Shown here: positions 1 to 11,363 of the stretch, in pieces
Numbering within the stretch: the stretch's first letter is position 1
Layout: every line of letters begins with the position of its first letter
Assembly: GCF_001194135.2 (NCBI RefSeq)
Contig: NC_068998.1
Coordinates: 49,437,426-49,470,121, forward strand
DNA: 32,696 bases
Reading direction: 5' to 3'
Source: Octopus bimaculoides
Lineage: Eukaryota
Notes under the pieces: model-generated
The model's input: the letters and a program-made list of their open reading frames with translations, nothing else
Databases searched by the model: none
Told to the model about the DNA's origin: nothing
Made by a program: the position numbers and the translations under genes

Positions 1-30
1 TATATACATATACATATATATATATATATG

Positions 31-63
<33 letters not shown>

Positions 64-103
64 ATGTGTGTGTGTGCGTGTGTATATATATATATATACA
101 TAT
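1..103. repeat. (TA)n/(TG)n microsatellite
   Basis: Direct reading. Confidence 0.95.
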
Positions 104-104
104 A

Positions 105-290
105 GGAGAGAATTCACAACAAAAACGACGAAGACAATGGTGTAGACAACAAACAGATGTACTAATTTAACGCTTGGGAAGTGGAAAAGCCTCTAACGTT
201 TCGGGCCTACGCTCTTCAAGAGAAAGGAACAGAGAAAGAAACAAGGAGAGAAAATAAAAAAATTTGTAGTGGCTAGCGATCTATCATGGC
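105..290 (-). mobile_element. Dispersed repeat, probably the terminal repeat of a Penelope-like element (second copy at about 10328-10460)
   Basis: Both copies share acaacaaacagatgta..taacgct..ggaagtg..acgtttcg.gcctacgctcttc.agagaaaggaaca. The minus strand reads GAAGAGC-GTAG-GC(C/T)C-GAAACG, resembling Penelope-type 3-prime motifs. The family call is inference. Confidence 0.5.
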
Positions 291-758
291 GAATGCCGGA
301 CAAAGGGATCACACAGGAGGGGTAGAAAGTAGGGGAAATAATAAAGTAGTGGTGATCCCAAAACGAAGGTGTGCGTGAGTGTGTATAAGAGATCACGTAT
401 ACATATATACGTGTTTATATAAATAGATATAATTTGAAACACCTGAGTATGAAGAAGCTGAGAATCTTTCGAGGAACCCCGCGCAGAATGAATGAGAGTG
501 TTTTTTTTTTTTAACAGGCCATCATCTACATTGTGATTTCGGAGTCAGACCACGTGCTGGCTTGAAAACTTATACTCATATTCATATCAACATTGATTTC
601 AGTGGCCTGAGAATCTCACATGAGAAATCATAAAGTGATGTGAATGTGTTGCAGACATCATTGAATAGTACAAGCAGTAATGTGTGTGCATTGGTAATAT
701 TCTTGTCGCTGAACGCGCATAATTCCACTTCGACTGGAGAGTCCATCATCTTCATACA

Positions 759-789
<31 letters not shown>

Positions 790-2108
790 GTGTATTTATG
801 TGTGTGCGTGTGTATATTTATATCAGCTGCAAAAACATTCACAAGCGAATATTTATATAGAAATTAATGTTATTATTATCGAGCGAAAGCAATATAAATA
901 GTTTATAATAACAATATTAATATAGTTGGTTGCAGGCCTAAATCACCTCAGACGATAGAGTGTTTTTTTTTAAATAGAACAGAATATTTCAGGGTATCTA
1001 CGTACCGACAGCTAGAAACCAGATGCAGAGACAATATTTCATTGTTGGCATCATGTTAATCCTGATGTTGATGGTATAATTCTGCAATACTCTATAGTGT
1101 TTTTCGTAATAACGCATATGCTGTAACAGATGTCTGAAATTAGCAATAAACTACGGAGCTTTTATATAATCCTGTGTACGTGACGCAGTTGAGGCACTTT
1201 GAAAGATGTTTAATGATTTGGATGTCATATTTAACAAACGGTTAATAATTTATACGACAATTACTTATATTGAGAAACATGTAGCTTTTATTTGTTGTCA
1301 GTTGTCATTTCTAGTTTTCTTCTGTTCAAATGAATTCCTCTAACACAAATAATGCACGATGACAATTCCTATCATATGAGCCAAAGTTGATGCACAGCTG
1401 CGTTTTTAAGTTTCCAAGTTTCGAGGCAATTTATCTTTCATTGTTTTAAAAATGAAAAGTATAAAGTATAAATCTATTCTCAATAAATTTTATTTATTAT
1501 GGTAAACAATATGATCTTGTGTCTCATCAGAGGTTTCCTAAATTGCTCTAGGTTAAATAGTTTTGAATTTGAGCACTCGCTTTTTAACGTTTTCTTTTTT
1601 CTCATGAACTAAAAGGTTTTCTCTTTGACCCGGAGTAATTGTGGAAACCTCTGATGAGAACCATCAGAGGTTTTGTTTTAAATAGTATATTCTTTGATAT
1701 TTTGATTTTATTCGATTTTATAAAAGATGTCTATCATATTTTGGTACACCTGTCAGAAACTGAAGCATATAACTTAGAGATATAAATTTAGTAGCCCCAA
1801 GCGCTCTAACAACGTCCAATTTTCTTGTTTTGTTTTCCACCATTCGTTGATACTGACAGATCTATACATGTACACATGTGGCATGACCTGACCAAAGTTA
1901 TATGCTTCAGTTTCAGAAGAAATTAAATGAAATTAAATCACACAATTCAATGACATGATATTCGAGATTTTCAAACATTTCAAGAAACATATGCAATACC
2001 AAAAGAAACTCTAAGCTGTAGAGTTACTTTCTGTTGGACCTGAGTCATTTTCTTTCAAGGAAAACAAACGAACGCAAATAATATGCATTGAGATATTTGG
2101 CATTTATC

Positions 2109-2114
2109 TTTATT
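2109..2114 (-). terminator. Putative polyadenylation signal (AATAAA) of paralog C
   Basis: Plus-strand tttatt, about 57 nt past the predicted TAG, in AT-rich context. Confidence 0.45.
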
Positions 2115-2170
2115 TGTATAAATATCTTTTAATAATAAAACAAGTTTACAACAGATTTGCTGAATATTCA

Positions 2171-2185
2171 CTAAAGCCCAGGAGC
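2171..2185 (-). CDS. Paralog C putative terminal exon (APGL-stop)
   Basis: Strong acceptor gtattttcatttctctttccag|GCT, phase 0 matching the exon 4 donor, followed by a downstream AATAAA. Confidence 0.6.
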   Translation of the reverse strand, partial: APGL

Positions 2186-4161
2186 CTGGAAAGAGAAATG
2201 AAAATACGCATTCAATGTCTGATACTGAATATAATTTAATACACAATTTCTAGTTATGGACTTCAAATTTTTCAAGTGTGATATTGTGTTGATTATTATT
2301 GGCAAAATAACATTTGCATTGATAATTCTAACATTTTTTTATCCACGATATTTGAGTTGCTAATACTAAGATGCATCAACAGTTATTTCAAAATTTTACA
2401 TTATTATTAGGTGTAATTATTATATTACACCATAATCGATTTAGTGTTTTAGTCACTACCAGTGGCATTTTATCTCATTATTCCTGTACAGAGTAACGAT
2501 TATGCCAAACTGTGTTTTTGTCTCTTTCAGTTATATAAAATGGTAGGGTGTTTTTATCATGATTTTTAAATTAAAGATTTTCACTTAGTACCGATATATT
2601 AAATGTATGTTATGTCGCATCATTAGCAGAGTTTCACAGTAATTTTATCATATATCTTAGGCATGATTAATATAGTAATGTGTTAGCTAATATTGCATGA
2701 ATACTGAACGCCTGACATTTGTCTTGTCTTCTTGTCTTGTAACGGTATTCACCCAGGAGCGTGTAGGCCGGCTCCCATTGAGTTCACCGCGATTTGCATT
2801 CATGGGAGTTTCGAGGGATGATCAGAATCCGCAAAAAGGTCCCCATCTCTTCCTGCTATTCCTTCCCATCAAAGGATGCCTGAAGATGCGATCCAATAGC
2901 ACCAGGTAGCCGGCGGAACCCCAAAAAGGCGTGGCTTCGAATTCACCATTGCCTTCCAATTAGCCGGGTTGCGACCCGAGAACCGCCAGTGTCAGAGCCG
3001 AACACATTGGGTACCTTATCAGGGATTCGATGTCCACGACGGCATAGCTCTGACGCTCACTCGTTTCACCTTCCCACCGCGATGAGGTCAAATGGCAAGA
3101 ATTAGAGAATGACCGTTTGTATCAATTTTTGGTCAATGACATGGAAAAAAAACTGTTACTTTCACGTGTTAGAGCATACATATTACAGAAGAATATTTCG
3201 GATATTATTGGTAAGTTAGCGTTAACAAAACGATTATGTATTAATTAATATGTAAATTCTATGTTTTACCTTATCTTTCCCCTCATCAGGTTTCTTGTCT
3301 TCGTTGCCTGCATTGTCTTTCGTGTCCGTCTTTTCTTTCTTGTCCGTCTTTTCTTTCTTGTCCGTCTTTTCTTTCTTGTCCGTCTTTTCTTTCTTGTCCG
3401 TCTTTTCTTTCTTGTCCGTCTTTTCTTTCTTGTCCGTCTTGTCTTTGTTATCAGTTTTCTTTTCGTCTGTGTTCTTGTTGTCGTTGCTGGTGCTCCCACC
3501 TGTTGTGTCATCATTGGCGTTAGTGTTGATGTTACGGAGGAATTTTGCTGAAAATGAACGTAAATGTGGTATGTCTCTCGCTTTCATTTTGTATACACAT
3601 GTACATATATTTGTTTGTAGATGTGTATATATATACGTGTGTGCGTGTTTGTTTGTGTATGTGTGTGAGTGTGTGTGTATGTATGTATGTATGTATGTAT
3701 GTATGTGTGTGTTTGTGTGTGTGTAGAGGCGCAATGGCCCAGTGGTTACTGGAGCGGACTCGCGGTCATTGGGTCGCGGATTCGATTCCTAAACCCGGCG
3801 TTGGAAAGTCTGCTACAGAGCATGCGTGAGCAAGCTTATAGCGACGAGGCAATGTTTGGAGTAGTACGGGCGCTTCAATGTCAGAAGAACGTTCCTGGAG
3901 GAGGATGGGCGAACTGGAAAACCAGCCACGTGCATCATCCTAGGAAATGTGAAGACAAACCATTAGTATATGCATGGGAATCGTCACAGGATATCAACGA
4001 CACTATTGATGATGTTGGTCAGTCGTATGGGTCCGTGCAGGCAATACTAACGTCCGATGTGAACATGCGGTACATCTCTGCCAAGTTTATCCCCTGTTTG
4101 CTGACCACTGAGCAGAATGAAAATCGCTTCGAAGTCTGTGAAGATCTTCGATAGCGTTCCG

Positions 4162-4200
<39 letters not shown>

Positions 4201-4433
4201 NNNNNNNNNNNNNNNNNNNNNNNNNNNNNNNNNNNNNNNNNNNNNNNNNNNNNNNNNNNNNNNNNNNNNNNNNNNNNNNNNNNNNNNNNNNNNNNNNNNN
4301 NNNNNNNNNNNNNNNNNNNNNNNNNNNNNNNNNNNNNNNNNNNNNNNNNNNNNNNNNNNNNNNNNNNNNNNNNNNNNNNNNNNNNNNNNNNNNNNNNNNN
4401 NNNNNNNNNNNNNNNNNNNNNNNNNNNNNNNNN

Positions 4434-4481
<48 letters not shown>

Positions 4482-6494
4482 TGTGTGTGTATTGGAAAAT
4501 ATCATTTATTACAATGATTAATTTCAAGGTATATTGAAGCTGTTACGACATCATTCATTAGATCATGTATTGAATAAACTCTATGACTTAATATGACTTA
4601 CGATAACAGAGCATGCCAAAACGGAAAGAGAAATAATGAACACAGTCTAGACTTATTCCATGTAAACACTTCTCCCACATAATGTAGCGTCTGTAACAGA
4701 AACACATGAATTACATATTTTGAAAATTCATTCGCATCGTGTACATCATTTAGATTAAGTTCTGAGAATAAATCACTGTTTGGTATGTTTTGTATTTATA
4801 CTTCCGGTATATTAATCATAAACAAAGAGACATATTTAAATACATGCTACATACATTGATATCGTTGACCTCCAGCTTTTCAAACGTATTACCAAAACAC
4901 ATATTTAATGATAAACACGCATACTTAACTGGCAGGCCTGATTTTAATTATCAAAAAAATCTTTCTGAAAATTTGCATAAACTCCTTAAAAATGGATGCT
5001 ACTTAACATAAGATATCATTAAGTAAACTCTGATAACTATGACGTTATTATGCTCATTATATGGAGCAAATGCAGGCTCGTACCTTAGTGGGTGGGACAT
5101 TCGGTTCACGATCGTTGGATCGTGAGGTCGAGTCACGGTGGCGTGTTGTATCCTTGAGCAACAGATTTTATTTCACGTTGCTCCAGTCCATTTAGCTGGC
5201 AAATATGAATAGTATTTCTATTTCAAAGGGTCAGCAATGTCACATTATGTGTCAGGATGAATCTGCTTGAGATCTATGTTAAGTGTATCCGTGTCTGTGG
5301 AGTGCTCAGCTGCTTGCACGTCTTTCCCACGACCAAGTTCTTCCTTTGATCGGGACAACCGGAACCCCCGACGAAGTACCAGAGAAAGAGAAGGAGAATA
5401 TATCTGAGAATACTAAGTGAAAAGATTTGTACAATTGCTAACCATAATAATTTTAGTGGGTATTCAAATGTGTGAATGCTGTCAGAATTGGTTGCAGAGT
5501 AGAAAACAGAAACATGTGTCCCGTGATGTTTCACGTTCTGAGTTCAATCGAATTCTGCAAATGAATTCGCCATCATCGTAATAGGAGCAGCAAAGCGGAG
5601 TTGATGTTATCTCATAATTAAGTGAATTCATCATTAAATAGTTACATAACAAATTATATTCATGTATTAGTAAAATTACTCATAACCATCTCATTTCAGT
5701 GAAAAAAAAAAATTTTTTTAAAGATTTACAACAACATCTGTTTCTTGTCGCTAAAATGTTTGTTTTTCATGTGTTGATTTGGAAACCTATTCACTGAAAT
5801 GCCGAGGCTCTGACGCCGAAATCTTGTCTTTTTTTAGCACTTAGATATGACAACAGATGTACTAATATCCCTATAATATCAGAAACAACCGTGTGATTAG
5901 AGGCGATCAATGGAGAACTAAAGAATTATTTTGCTGGTGTGTGGTTGGAGATCAGAAGATATTTAGTTATATAAAATGATGTATGGGACAAGTATATTAA
6001 TCGTAGTATACGAAAGTATATTGAAGAATGATAAGAAGATCGTATGTACACGCAACGCTCATCGTGTGTTTTCGCAGTAGGCATGGCTGTATTCGCCCAC
6101 TTGCAGGTCTTCGAAGCCAAATCAATGCAGGTGTTGGACATTGCAGAACCTGAAAAACATATTTTTATCATTCAGATACGGTTATATAAAATTGAAAGAG
6201 AGAAGCTGGTTTCAGATAATGAAAGTAAAGTACGAGGGTGGGCTGAAAATTTCATTGTCTAAGCATGAAGAAGATATGTAAAAAATTGATCATGTACACC
6301 ACATAGTGATGCATGACAGACACACATATATGTATAAATACACATATATAGAAGCGTGTGAGGGTGTGCCTGCGTCTGTCTGTGTGTGTGAATGACAAAC
6401 ATCTTTATGTAAAAGCAAAGGAGGCATATCCAGGTGTCAACTTACCGATAATTAGAAGACAAATACAAGCGGAATAGTTCACTGTCAATATCAT
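2171..6494 (-). CDS. Paralog C: 5-exon gene, secreted six-cysteine protein with charged repeat tail, 176 aa; complement(join(2171..2185,3270..3547,4602..4690,6050..6149,6446..6494))
   Basis: Manual splicing gives MILTVNYSACICLLIIGSAMSNTCIDLASKTCKWANTAMPTAKTHDERCVRYIMWEKCLHGISLDCVHYFSFRFGMLCYPKFLRNINTNANDDTTGGSTSNDNKNTDEKKTDNKDK(TDKKEK)x6 TDTKDNAGNEDKKPDEGKDKAPGL*. All introns are GT-AG with compatible phases (1,2,1,0); 531 nt in total. Cys spacing is identical to paralogs A and B. AATAAA lies about 57 nt after the stop. The last exon is the least certain. Confidence 0.85.
2715..3065 (-). mobile_element. 3-prime fragment of an RTE-like LINE in intron 4 of paralog C
   Basis: GC-richer island. 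The minus strand ends CCTGGGTGAATACCGTTACAAGACAAGAAGACAAG, i.e. ORF end PG-stop plus a short CAAG-type tandem tail typical of RTE-clade 3-prime ends. The frame is broken. Confidence 0.5.
3270..3547 (-). CDS. Paralog C exon 4 (KFLR plus Asp/Lys/Thr/Asn-rich tail)
   Basis: Acceptor tttacgttcattttcag|CA completes the Pro codon in phase 1; open for 92 codons; donor AAG|gtaaaa. Confidence 0.8.
3324..3431 (-). repeat. Coding minisatellite, 18-bp unit x6 perfect (encodes TDKKEK)
   Basis: Plus strand gtccgtcttttctttctt repeated six times without variation, with degenerate units on both sides. Confidence 0.95.
3724..3800 (+). mobile_element. tRNA-derived SINE head
   Basis: A-box-like TGGCCCAGTGG and B-box-like GATTCGATTCC, following a (TG)n/(TATG)n run. 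Confidence 0.65.
3820..4154 (+). pseudogene. Mariner transposase fragment (N-terminal HTH region)
   Basis: QAYSDEAM...VGQSYGSVQAILTSDVNMRYISAKFIPCLLTTEQNENRFEVCEDL matches the mariner AKxVPRLLT region; internally frameshifted. Confidence 0.8.
4201..4433. other. Assembly gap (other gaps: 9050-10017, 20172-20338, 22296-22590, 28567-28965)
   Basis: Runs of N, mostly flanked by microsatellites. Three of the five gaps fall inside introns of the predicted genes. Confidence 1.
4602..4690 (-). CDS. Paralog C exon 3 (RYIMWEKCLHGISLDCVHYFSFRFGMLCY)
   Basis: Acceptor gtttctgttacag|ACGC, donor TATC|gtaagt; C-x7-C-x11-C as in exon 3 of A and B. Confidence 0.9.
5080..5320 (+). mobile_element. SINE (tRNA head plus ccttgagca...atttcacgttgctccagtcca core)
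   Basis: The core is shared with 11595-11730, 19770-20080 and (reversed) 15830-15986. Confidence 0.65.
6050..6149 (-). CDS. Paralog C exon 2 (GSAMSNTCIDLASKTCKWANTAMPTAKTHDERCV)
   Basis: Acceptor tatgtttttcag|GT, donor TGCGT|gtacat; 100 nt, the same length and phases as exon 2 of A and B; C-x7-C-x16-C. Confidence 0.9.
6446..6494 (-). CDS. Paralog C exon 1 (signal peptide MILTVNYSACICLLII)
   Basis: AAG-ATG start, hydrophobic codons, phase-1 donor ATCG|gtaagt; upstream in-frame TAG with no intervening ATG. Confidence 0.8.
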
Positions 6495-6600
6495 CTTAAC
6501 AGCAAATTTTCGGGCGTCAATGTGCTACTCTGTATTTTGAATTGTTTAACATGTCCAGATATGAAGCAACAGATGTCTCTAAACACTTTTTCCACAATTA

Positions 6601-6612
6601 TATTTATATATA
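6601..6612 (-). promoter_or_regulatory. Candidate TATA box of paralog C
   Basis: TATATATAAATA on the minus strand about 107 nt upstream of the ATG. The AT-rich background makes this weak. Confidence 0.3.
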
Positions 6613-6734
6613 AATTGCAATTAAAGCATTTTAAGACGTTTCTTTAGGATTCACTTGTCCTGCTCTTTTATCTTCTCTGGATTTATATGACATTTACGCA
6701 AATTAAAAGCGTATAACTTATCGTTTTATTTGTT

Positions 6735-6945
6735 TCAGTCATTAGATTGTAGCCATGCTGGAGCACCATCTTCTGGAAGTTAAGCAGAACAAATCGACCG
6801 CAGATATTTTTCTTATTTCGTTTTTTTTTTCTAGGTCTTGCAATTTTTGTAGCGCTTTACTTGACCGAGCCGCTAATGTATGACACGATAAACACCCAAA
6901 AACTGATTGTGAAGCGGCGGTGGTGGTGCTGGTGGTGGGTACACA
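6735..6945 (-). mobile_element. SINE 3-prime part
   Basis: gccatgctggagcacc motif and tail, shared with 17615 and 28300-28560. Confidence 0.55.
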
Positions 6946-7039
6946 CACGAATACACATATTACACAATTACACATGCATATACACACATACGTACATATA
7001 TACACACACACATTTATATATATATATATACACAGACAC

Positions 7040-7300
7040 ACACGGACCTAGGAGTCTCAGCCGATTGCGAGTCGTTTATGCCTTCAACTTCGCGAAATCC
7101 AATAACGCATCTTTTTCGTCGGGCTCGGGAAAAGGCAGATTGCCCGGTGCCTCAAAGCATCTTTCCCATGCTGTGTCCACGAGTTCTACCCGTTTTTAGC
7201 AGCGCGGTTCAATCAGTCCCTTTCCAACTGAGGGGTAACAGGCGGTCAGGGATCATAAAGATTTCGATTCACGCACGTCTGGGAATCCCCTCTTACGCAA
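7040..7300 (-). mobile_element. Degraded retroelement fragment (possibly LINE ORF1 C-terminus)
   Basis: GC-rich island; a broken minus frame reads VELVDTAWERCFEAPGNLPFPEPDEKDALLDFAKLKA. No splice context, and the family call is tentative. Confidence 0.3.
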
Positions 7301-7624
7301 ATTGATTGTCGGAACCGTGGTGAAAGACCAATCGATTTCACCAGTGTAGGGGTGAAAGACCAATCGAGCCTTCTAATAGCTGTTTCCTCCAAAGTTTCGC
7401 TCAAGATAGGTGGCATCATGGGAAAAACAACACATAATTCCGTACGCTAAAGCGAACGACTGCCGCCCTAGAAACGTTTACAACTTCGGTCTATTCTCAA
7501 CCAAAGAACGGGCGAAACGACTGCTCCTCTCTCGATCGGATGAGTCTGTATATTGCAGCCATTGCGACGCAACAAATGCACAGTACCAACTACGCCATTT
7601 TTAAGGAAGAAAAATAGGCCCCGG

Positions 7625-8045
7625 ATTGGCTGTGTGGAAACAAACTTGCTTCCTAGTCACACGGTTCCAGGTTCGGTCCCGCTGCTTGGCACCTTGGGGA
7701 AATCTATTCTGCTATAGCCTAGGGCAGACTAAAACCTTATGAATAGATTTAGTGAACGGAAGCTGAAAAAGTCCGTCTTGTAGCTTTGTGTGTGTGTATG
7801 TGTGGGTTTATGTGTGTGTATGAGTGTGTGTCCGTGTGCACGCGTGCCGTATTTATATGTGTGCTTGTGTTTGTGTTCCTTCAGCATCACTCGACACCCG
7901 ATGCTGCTTTTTTTATGTCTCCGTAACCTAGCTGTTCGACAAAAGAAACCGATAGAATGAGTGCTAGTCATGCAATGAATAATTCCTGAGGTCGATTTCT
8001 TCAACTTAAGCCTGTTAAGGCATTGCTCCAGCATGACCACAGGCA
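7625..8045 (+). mobile_element. tRNA-derived SINE with internal (TG)n
   Basis: tggctgtgtgg...ggttcggtcccgctgcttggcaccttggg...ctatagcc...gaacggaagctgaaaaag, the same family as 17905-18005. Confidence 0.65.
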
Positions 8046-8049
8046 GATA

Positions 8050-8190
8050 TATGAAAGACCTCTTTCAGTTTCCGTCTTCCAAGTCCACAATTCTTTGGTC
8101 GACCCATGGCTATGGTAGAAGACACTTGCCGACGGTGCCGTGCAGTGGGACTGAACCCGAAAGCATGAGGTTGAGCATTAGAATTCCTAC
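8050..8190 (-). mobile_element. Inverted copy of the same SINE family
   Basis: tttcagtttccgtc...ggctatggtagaagacacttgcc...gtgcagtgggactgaacccg is the reverse complement of the 7625 and 17905 type. Confidence 0.6.
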
Positions 8191-8499
8191 AACGGAAACA
8201 TAACTTTTATATTTATGTTTATGTTATATTTTTTTCTTTTGTTTTTCTTATGTAAATGTCCTACTCAATTTCCAATACCACTGTATGTCATATAAATTAT
8301 TTCTATGACTTCTTTATATACTAGAAGATACCTAACTCCCATTGTTTGGCCAGTAAAATGTATTTGAATTCATGCAAATAGAATGAAATGCCAGATGTTG
8401 CAGACAGGAGGTGACAATCTGTTACAGAGTCATTATTATTATAGTTTCTGTTTTCCAAAATGGATCGCGTAATATAAAATCTAATAAAAATAGTAATAT

Positions 8500-9049
8500 G
8501 ATTTGAATCCACAATGAAAACGTCAGCTTAACAAAAACAGCTGAAATGTTTGGTGTATCAAGAAGTACTGTCTCGAAGATAATGACAGCCTTTGAGAAAG
8601 AAGGAAAAACTTCCTCGTTGAAACAAAACTCCGGAAGAAAACCAAAGCTTTCAGATAGGGACCTTCGGAATCTTACGCCAATTGTTAGAAAGGATCACAA
8701 AATTACAGATCCCAAATTTACTGCAGAGCTTAATGACAACCTCGAGAACCCAGTTTCCACAAAATCTGTTCCCTGGGAGCTGCATAAACCCGAATTTCAA
8801 GCGAGAGCTGCATTCAGAAAACAGCTACTTTCAAAAACAACCCTTGCAAAGAGTTTACAGTAGAGTAAAAACCTACCGAATTGGTCCCTAGAGCAGTGGA
8901 AGAATCTTATTTTCTTGGACGAGTCATCCTTTACCTTATTTCCGACCACCGACCGAGTATACGTTTGGAGACAACCAAAAGAAGCATTTGACCCATATTG
9001 TCTTCTTTGAATTGTTAAACATGGAGGAGGATCTGTGATGATCGGGGGG
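8500..9049 (+). pseudogene. Tc1-family transposase fragment, running into an assembly gap
   Basis: FGVSRSTVSKI...SGRKPKLSDRD (HTH), then WSLEQWKNLIFLDESSFTLF and VKHGGGSVMI (first catalytic Asp region); contains in-frame stops. Confidence 0.9.
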
Positions 9050-10327
9050 NNNNNNNNNNNNNNNNNNNNNNNNNNNNNNNNNNNNNNNNNNNNNNNNNNN
9101 NNNNNNNNNNNNNNNNNNNNNNNNNNNNNNNNNNNNNNNNNNNNNNNNNNNNNNNNNNNNNNNNNNNNNNNNNNNNNNNNNNNNNNNNNNNNNNNNNNNN
9201 NNNNNNNNNNNNNNNNNNNNNNNNNNNNNNNNNNNNNNNNNNNNNNNNNNNNNNNNNNNNNNNNNNNNNNNNNNNNNNNNNNNNNNNNNNNNNNNNNNNN
9301 NNNNNNNNNNNNNNNNNNNNNNNNNNNNNNNNNNNNNNNNNNNNNNNNNNNNNNNNNNNNNNNNNNNNNNNNNNNNNNNNNNNNNNNNNNNNNNNNNNNN
9401 NNNNNNNNNNNNNNNNNNNNNNNNNNNNNNNNNNNNNNNNNNNNNNNNNNNNNNNNNNNNNNNNNNNNNNNNNNNNNNNNNNNNNNNNNNNNNNNNNNNN
9501 NNNNNNNNNNNNNNNNNNNNNNNNNNNNNNNNNNNNNNNNNNNNNNNNNNNNNNNNNNNNNNNNNNNNNNNNNNNNNNNNNNNNNNNNNNNNNNNNNNNN
9601 NNNNNNNNNNNNNNNNNNNNNNNNNNNNNNNNNNNNNNNNNNNNNNNNNNNNNNNNNNNNNNNNNNNNNNNNNNNNNNNNNNNNNNNNNNNNNNNNNNNN
9701 NNNNNNNNNNNNNNNNNNNNNNNNNNNNNNNNNNNNNNNNNNNNNNNNNNNNNNNNNNNNNNNNNNNNNNNNNNNNNNNNNNNNNNNNNNNNNNNNNNNN
9801 NNNNNNNNNNNNNNNNNNNNNNNNNNNNNNNNNNNNNNNNNNNNNNNNNNNNNNNNNNNNNNNNNNNNNNNNNNNNNNNNNNNNNNNNNNNNNNNNNNNN
9901 NNNNNNNNNNNNNNNNNNNNNNNNNNNNNNNNNNNNNNNNNNNNNNNNNNNNNNNNNNNNNNNNNNNNNNNNNNNNNNNNNNNNNNNNNNNNNNNNNNNN
10001 NNNNNNNNNNNNNNNNATATATATATATATATATATATTTCTTTTGAATTCGCTTCGAAATTTCACCATTTCTCAATTAAGGAACCGGTTTCTTCTATAG
10101 ACTACATAATTCGCAGATGAGGGTGTATAGAAATACGTTTGTTCCCCAATCACCTGGGAATCGTGAATGCACTTCCGGTTCTATGGCCGTAAATAACTTT
10201 ATCGAAATATAAATTATTTCGGAAAGCAGAATAGGAAATATGACTAGCGAAGTTGGAGTCGTAAGCGGCGTAATTGATCAAAACTTGTAGAACAGGCAAA
10301 TGTGGTTTAATTATAATTTTGTATAAT

Positions 10328-10460
10328 ATGGTGGGTGTGTAAACAACAAACAGATGTATTAGTTTAACGCTCGGGAAGTGAGAGAGTTTTTACGTTTCGA
10401 GCCTACGCTCTTCGAGAGAAAGGAACACAAAAATAAACAGGGAGAGAAAATAGAAAAAGA
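10328..10460 (-). mobile_element. Second copy of the 105-290 dispersed repeat
   Basis: Direct similarity to 105-290. Confidence 0.55.
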
Positions 10461-10879
10461 TTTATATATATATATATCTATATTTCTACGTATATACATA
10501 TATGCATAAATTTATATACATATATAGACGCATATATATCTATACATATGTGAGTGCGTATGCGGCTTGCGCGTGTGTTATGATAGAATCAGTTGAATGA
10601 ACGTTCAAGGAAATGTTGCATTCTTTATCTCTCAAAGCTACTAATATATTAATATGAATGCATTTTACTATGACTGATCATTAGAAATTATTCTTGAAGT
10701 TCTCCACTTGTCTAGATATCATTTTGAAAATAAGTTTTCTCTTAAATCATTTCTTTCCCTTTATCTTCTAATTGTTTGAATCGTTTCACTGTGACGCTGC
10801 TTGAGCAAAATCTTCAAGTATTTAGTTGAACAAGTCGACGCCAGGACTTGTTTTTTGAAGAGATTTGTATTTCATTATT

Positions 10880-11363
10880 TACATAATTTCATTTGACGGG
10901 CATTTGTCCTCATCTTGTTTGTTATTAACACAAGGTTTCGGCTAATATACCCTCCAGACTTCATGAGGTGTCTTGGGGAAATTTCGAACCTAGGTTCTCA
11001 TTCATGAGGTATTTTTCGATGTTGTTGTTGTTATTATTATTATTATTTTATGTTTGACTTTTGTTTTGCATTTGTACAAGTTCGATCTAAGTCTCACCCA
11101 GAGACTTCAAGAGACAACAAGTTAGAAGTTCATGTAGGTGTTATGCCTAGGGTACCATATATTTGGATTTGTACATAGTGTTGTTCTAGAGAATGTTTTA
11201 GAAGCCATAAGAAAATTGTGTTTGTTTTACAGCCTTTTTATGACAAATGAACCGAACAAAAGATTAACATGCTAGGGAAGTATTATTATTATTATTCAGG
11301 TCACTGCCTGGAATCGAACCCGGAATCTTAGGGTTAGTAGCCCGCACTCTTAACCACTACGCC
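10880..11363 (-). mobile_element. Composite repeat: tRNA-derived head (11299-11363), (TAT)n and a degenerate hammerhead-like motif (10935-10967)
   Basis: The minus strand has GGCGTAGTGGTTAAG...GGTTCGATTCC (A and B boxes) and, downstream, CTCATGA-A-GTCTG-N10-TAGCC-GAAAC. Confidence 0.6.

Noticed and set aside
3261-3726. Alternative-frame and opposite-strand ORFs over the 18-bp repeat (FFLVRL, RTRKKR, SVFSFL)
   Set aside because: By-products of a stop-free repeat. Only the TDKKEK frame fits the splice sites and the exon 3 phase.
11299-11363. tRNA-Ser(ACT)-like sequence on the minus strand
   Set aside because: It has A/B boxes but lacks the long variable arm of a tRNA-Ser and a clean acceptor stem, and runs into (AAT)n. 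It is best read as a SINE head.
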